Of a stretch of 64,000 nt of DNA, positions 60,027 through 64,000 are shown in pieces. Location of the stretch: positions 32,001-96,000 of the forward strand of contig JBDHHQ010000015.1 in the NCBI GenBank assembly GCA_039589315.1. Direction: 5' to 3'. The notes beneath the pieces were generated by a model. That model saw nothing but the letters and a program-made list of their open reading frames with translations. It had not been told where the DNA came from and ran no database searches. Position 1 is the first letter of the stretch. Each line of letters begins with the position of its first letter. The position numbers and the translations under genes are program-made. The stretch is from Gemmatimonadota bacterium. GTDB lineage: Bacteria > Gemmatimonadota > Gemmatimonadetes > Longimicrobiales > Gaopeijiaceae.

Positions 60027-60500
60027 CTACATGGCTCCGATGACCGCGCGCTCTATCTCGTCGAACGGAGGCAGGATCGACGGGTCTTCCGACATCCACG
60101 TGTAGGCGATGACCCCTCGCCGGTCGATGACGAACGCCGACCTGTTCGCGACCCCTCTCATCCCGAAGTAGTCGTCATTGAGGACCCCGTAGTCGCTGGC
60201 GGCCTCCTTGTTGAAGTCCGACGCGATGGGGAACAGCGCCCCCAGCTCCTCAGCGAACCGCTGGTTCACGAAGGCCGAGTCGATGCTTATGCCGATCACC
60301 ACGGCATCGAGGCCCGACCACCGATCATAGTCCCTGCAGACCTCATCGAGCTCCGTCGTGCAAACCGAGGAGAATGCCAAGGGGAAGAAGAGTAGCACGA
60401 CGGGCTGCTCTCCCTTGTAGTCTCCCAGTCTCAGAGGTGCCTCGCCCGGCGTCAGCGTAAGGGCAAAGTCCGGAGCAGGAGTGCCGGGCTGGAGGGGCAT
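60027..60500 (-). CDS. Peroxiredoxin (AhpE/BCP-like)
   Basis: FFPLAFSSVCTTE, RSAFVID. Confidence 0.88.
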   Translation of the reverse strand: MPLQPGTPAPDFALTLTPGEAPLRLGDYKGEQPVVLLFFPLAFSSVCTTELDEVCRDYDRWSGLDAVVIGISIDSAFVNQRFAEELGALFPIASDFNKEAASDYGVLNDDYFGMRGVANRSAFVIDRRGVIAYTWMSEDPSILPPFDEIERAVIGAM

Positions 60501-60809
60501 GCTGGTCGTTTCCCGGTTGTGTCGCGGTCATGTTCGATCCGGCTCGAATCGCCTCACCCTCTCGGGATCGTGCCGCTCGAGCGGCGGTTGCCTCCCGCCG
60601 CACCGCAAACTACCCATCGGCGAGGGGCGCCGCCACGCGGCCCGAGGTGCGACAGTCGGGTTGCTCGTCGGGTCGCGGAGGGCCATGGTACCGCCCGTCC
60701 CGAGCACCGCGGCCTTCCCGGACGGGTCGTGGGTCTGCTCTTGCACGACCGCGTGTCACCAACAGAGGCTTCCACCGCCGACCGAGGGTAGCACTTGAGC
60801 GGGCACGGC

Positions 60810-62267
60810 ATGTCACGGGCACAACGCGTCGGGCTCTTCCTGGGACCCGCCCTGTTCGTGGCCGTCCTGATCCTCCCGCCGCCGCCGGGGCTCTCCGCGG
60901 AAGGGTGGAGCACGGCAGCGGTGGCCCTGCTGATGGCGACCTGGTGGATGACCGAAGCCATCCCGATTCCGGCGACGGCGCTCCTTCCACTCCCGCTCTT
61001 CCCGATCCTCGGCGTTCTCGACATGTCCGGCGCTGCAGCGCCCTTCGCCAATGAGCTCATCTACCTCTTCCTGGGCGGGTTCCTCATCGCCGTCTCCATG
61101 GAGCGATGGGGTCTACATCGGCGGATCGCCCTGTCGATCATCACGGCCATCGGCACCAGCCCCAGCCGACTGGTTCTGGGCTTCATGGTGGCCACCGCGT
61201 TCCTGTCCATGTGGATCTCCAATACGGCCACCACCACCATGATGCTGCCGATTGGGGTGGCCGTGGGCACCTTGCTTCGTCCGGAGGGCCCCGAGGACGA
61301 GCCCTTCAACTTCGGCGTCGCACTGATGCTCGGGATCGCATACGCGGCATCCATCGGCGGCGTGGCCACGCTCATCGGCACCCCGCCCAATGCGGTGCTC
61401 GCGGGCGCCGTCAACGAGATGCTCGGCGTCGACATCGGCTTCGTGCAGTGGATGATGGTGGGCCTGCCCCTCACCCTCGTCATGCTTCCCGTGTGCTGGC
61501 TGGTGCTGACACGCGTGATCTACCGACCGGGGAAGCTCGCAGGTGATGCCGCGGATATCCTGGAGGCGGAACGTGCCAGCCTAGGTCGCATGAACCAGGG
61601 TGAGCGCAACGTGGGCGTCGTATTCGTGCTCACGGCGTTGGCGTGGCTGCTACGGTCCGAGAAGGCGCTCGGGGTCTTCACCCTCCCCGGCATCAACACG
61701 TTTGCGCCCGCGGTGCGCGACTCTACCATCGCCATGGCAGCCGGTGTGATTCTGTTTCTGCTGCCAGTCGATTGGCGGAAGGGTGAATTCACGCTGGACT
61801 GGCCCACCGCGCGGCGGGTGCCCTGGGGGGTACTGATCCTGTTCGGCGGCGGCCTGTCCTTGGCGCGAGCCATGGACCAGTCCGGCCTCGCCGCGTGGAT
61901 CGGCGGCGGGGTCGCCGAGCTGGGCTTCCTGCCGGCGGTGCTCGTGTTCGGGGGTGTGGCCGCGCTCTTCGTCTTCCTTACCGAGCTGACCTCGAATCTG
62001 GCCACGACCACCATGGCCATGCCGGTCATGGCCGGCGTGGCGGCGGGGCTCGGCATCGCGCCGATCGCCCTCATGGCCACGGCGGCCATGGCGGCGTCGA
62101 TGGCGTTCATGCTTCCGGTGGCCACGCCACCGAACGCCATCGTATTCGGGTCGGGCTACCTCACGATCCCCCAGATGGCGAAGGCCGGGTTCGTCATGAA
62201 CCTCATTGCCATCGTGGTGGTCACGGTCGCGGCCACGCTACTCGTGCCGATGGTCCTGGTGCGTTGA
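60810..62267 (+). CDS. DASS/SLC13 family anion:sodium symporter
   Basis: WWMTEAIP, SMWISNTAT, GTPPN, TELTSN, LPVATPPN. Confidence 0.93.
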   Translation: MSRAQRVGLFLGPALFVAVLILPPPPGLSAEGWSTAAVALLMATWWMTEAIPIPATALLPLPLFPILGVLDMSGAAAPFANELIYLFLGGFLIAVSMERWGLHRRIALSIITAIGTSPSRLVLGFMVATAFLSMWISNTATTTMMLPIGVAVGTLLRPEGPEDEPFNFGVALMLGIAYAASIGGVATLIGTPPNAVLAGAVNEMLGVDIGFVQWMMVGLPLTLVMLPVCWLVLTRVIYRPGKLAGDAADILEAERASLGRMNQGERNVGVVFVLTALAWLLRSEKALGVFTLPGINTFAPAVRDSTIAMAAGVILFLLPVDWRKGEFTLDWPTARRVPWGVLILFGGGLSLARAMDQSGLAAWIGGGVAELGFLPAVLVFGGVAALFVFLTELTSNLATTTMAMPVMAGVAAGLGIAPIALMATAAMAASMAFMLPVATPPNAIVFGSGYLTIPQMAKAGFVMNLIAIVVVTVAATLLVPMVLVR

Positions 62268-62295
62268 CGGGGGGCGCTTTGGTCAGGGCAGTTCG

Positions 62296-62324
62296 CGAGG
62301 CCCCGCCCGAGTGGCGGGGGCTCG
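62296..62324. terminator. Hairpin between convergent genes
   Basis: CGAG-G-CCCCGCC-cgagt-GGCGGGG-G-CTCG; no U-tract. Confidence 0.35.
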
Positions 62325-62338
62325 GTCCGTTCCGACCA

Positions 62339-63322
62339 TCAGTCCAGCAACGTCCGGAGCGCCCGCCTCACGTAGACCGGTACCATGGCTCTGCGCCAGT
62401 CGACGTCCACGATGATGTTCTCCAACGGATGGCATTGCTGGTGTGCCCGTTCTGCGAGCGCGACCACGAGGTCGTCATCCAGGACCTCGCCGCTGGCCAT
62501 ATCCGTCCAGCCGGAGATGGCCCTGGGCCGCGAGCCGAGCGCGGTGACCACGCCCTGGATCGACTCGACCCGTCGGCTCTCGTCCATCTGAGCCGCCACC
62601 GCCACCGTCAGCAGCGGGAAGTCGATGGCGTTCCGCTGCCTCAGCTTGGCGTACGCGGCGCGAAAGCCGTTCGAGGGGAGCGGCAGCCGGATCCGCGTGA
62701 CGATCTCATGCGGGTGTCGCTGGGTATTCCAGATGCCATCGGCCCGGAAGAACTCGCCCAGCTCCACCGTCCGCTCGCCGTCCGGCCCCGTGAGATCGAC
62801 GGCCGCGCCCAGGGTCATGAGCACGGGCGGCGTGTCGGCCGAATGTGCGGCCACGCACTTCTTCCCCACTCTGGTGACGTGGCAGACCGTGCCGTCCTTC
62901 TTGAGACAGTATCCCAGGGCTTGCCGCCAGAACCCGGTCTGGTTGTAGTAGGTGCAGCGGGTGTCCAGGCACACGTTGCCACCAATGGTGCCCGCGTTGC
63001 GCAGCTGCGGACCCGCCACGTGCGCCGCCGCGTCAGCCAGCGCCGGAACATGAAGTCGGACCAGGGGATGCGCAGCCACGTCGGTGAGCGTCTCCGCTGC
63101 TCCGATCGCCAGCTCGCCGCCCTCCGCACGAATGCCCTTGAGCTCGGCCAGCCCCTTCAGCGCCACCAGGTGGGCCGGCGTGAAGAGCCGGTGCTTCATG
63201 TTGGGCAGCAGATCGGTGCCACCCGCCACCACCATGGCGTTGGTGCCGTACTCGCCCAGCAGCTCCACCGCTTCCTCCAGCGTCCCGGGTCGGTGGTACC
63301 GGAACGGCGGCAGCCTCAGCAT
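62339..63322 (-). CDS. FAD-binding subunit of xanthine-oxidase family with [4Fe-4S] insert (HcrB-like)
   Basis: AGGTDL, QLRNAGTIGGN, insert C-TYYNQ...C...C...C, AIDF. Confidence 0.85.
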   Translation of the reverse strand: MLRLPPFRYHRPGTLEEAVELLGEYGTNAMVVAGGTDLLPNMKHRLFTPAHLVALKGLAELKGIRAEGGELAIGAAETLTDVAAHPLVRLHVPALADAAAHVAGPQLRNAGTIGGNVCLDTRCTYYNQTGFWRQALGYCLKKDGTVCHVTRVGKKCVAAHSADTPPVLMTLGAAVDLTGPDGERTVELGEFFRADGIWNTQRHPHEIVTRIRLPLPSNGFRAAYAKLRQRNAIDFPLLTVAVAAQMDESRRVESIQGVVTALGSRPRAISGWTDMASGEVLDDDLVVALAERAHQQCHPLENIIVDVDWRRAMVPVYVRRALRTLLD

Positions 63323-63386
63323 GGGTGATCCCCGGCCCTGAAGCGGAGTACGGCCCCGACCGAGGCTGTCCGGGAGCGGCTTCCCA

Positions 63387-64000
63387 TCAGGATCCGCCGG
63401 GCTCCAGGGGTCGGGCCACGGCGATGCCATCTTGGCCGCCGATCTCCTGGATTCGCCGCGGCAGCGTCCGCTCGCTTATCTGCACCGAGTCTCCCACAAG
63501 GGGCGCGTGCATGAGATGGAGGTTCCCGTTCAGCCAGATCGCGATGCCGGTGTGGGCCACGTCGAGGCCAGCCACAGTGCTCGCTGCAGCGATGATGTCA
63601 CCGTCCTGGATGCCGGGCGCCGCTTCGGAAATGCGGTCCTCGGGCACGAACAACCGCGTTTGCCTGGTCAGTCGAATCTCGTCGGTCCGCACCCGCTCCA
63701 GCGTCTCCGTCTCGGAGAGCTGCCGGTACGCGTCCGGATGGGTCGACATGAAGTCCACGGGATCCGGGTCCGCGACACCTCCGAGATCGGCCGTCACGTC
63801 CCGCATCAGGCCCTTCGCCTCGCCGTCGGCGATCCAGTCGGTGAAGTAGTGCAAGCGGCTGGGGTAGCCGTCGAGACTGCCGCCCCTGTACCGGATCTGT
63901 CTGAGGGTGCCCTGGTAGAGGGACCGATACACGTGCTCCTCGTTCAGCACGGCCGGGGGCGCGGTCTTCACGAAGCGGGCCAGCGCCAGCACGTTCTCGA
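63387..64000 (-). CDS. DUF1460 / AmiA-like NlpC/P60 amidase (5' end outside window)
   Basis: IRYRGG...YPSRLHYFTDW, GDII, GLDVAHTG, LMHA. Confidence 0.8.
   Translation of the reverse strand, partial: ENVLALARFVKTAPPAVLNEEHVYRSLYQGTLRQIRYRGGSLDGYPSRLHYFTDWIADGEAKGLMRDVTADLGGVADPDPVDFMSTHPDAYRQLSETETLERVRTDEIRLTRQTRLFVPEDRISEAAPGIQDGDIIAAASTVAGLDVAHTGIAIWLNGNLHLMHAPLVGDSVQISERTLPRRIQEIGGQDGIAVARPLEPGGS

Noticed and set aside
60027..60500. Selenocysteine recoding in the peroxiredoxin or other redox genes
   Set aside because: Active-site residues are ordinary Cys codons; no in-frame TGA seen in these ORFs.

Overview
High-GC (roughly 68-70% by eye) bacterial chromosomal window, densely coding, with no integrase, transposase, phage or CRISPR-cas genes. 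Gene content and style suggest Gemmatimonadota or a similar lineage (inference only). Recognisable loci: tRNA-Glu(CTC) and tRNA-Val(CAC); a translationally coupled ligA-polX-Ca/Na antiporter unit; a complete sufC-sufB-sufD-Rieske ferredoxin-sufS-sufU operon with a Fur-like box; an ECF sigma/anti-sigma/YbjQ trio; fadI; a plastid/chlamydial-type fabI; and many transporters and secreted hydrolases. Best leads: (1) a TRAP dctQM pair with no dctP, where a DUF885 metallopeptidase-like lipoprotein is coupled to dctQ in the binding-protein position, inside a long PQQ dehydrogenase-cytochrome c-NSS gene run; (2) a Tat/lipoprotein-type FMN alpha-hydroxy-acid oxidase carrying a CxxCH motif; (3) a 79-aa membrane protein with a 9-Cys/2-His metallothionein-like tail behind an ECF-type promoter; (4) a single-chain LeuD-LeuC permuted aconitase-family enzyme; (5) two broken genes (sulfatase, Gfo/Idh/MocA oxidoreductase); (6) a 37-nt-period repeat between sufS and sufU. 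All family calls come from motif recognition; no database searches were run, and several start codons are uncertain.
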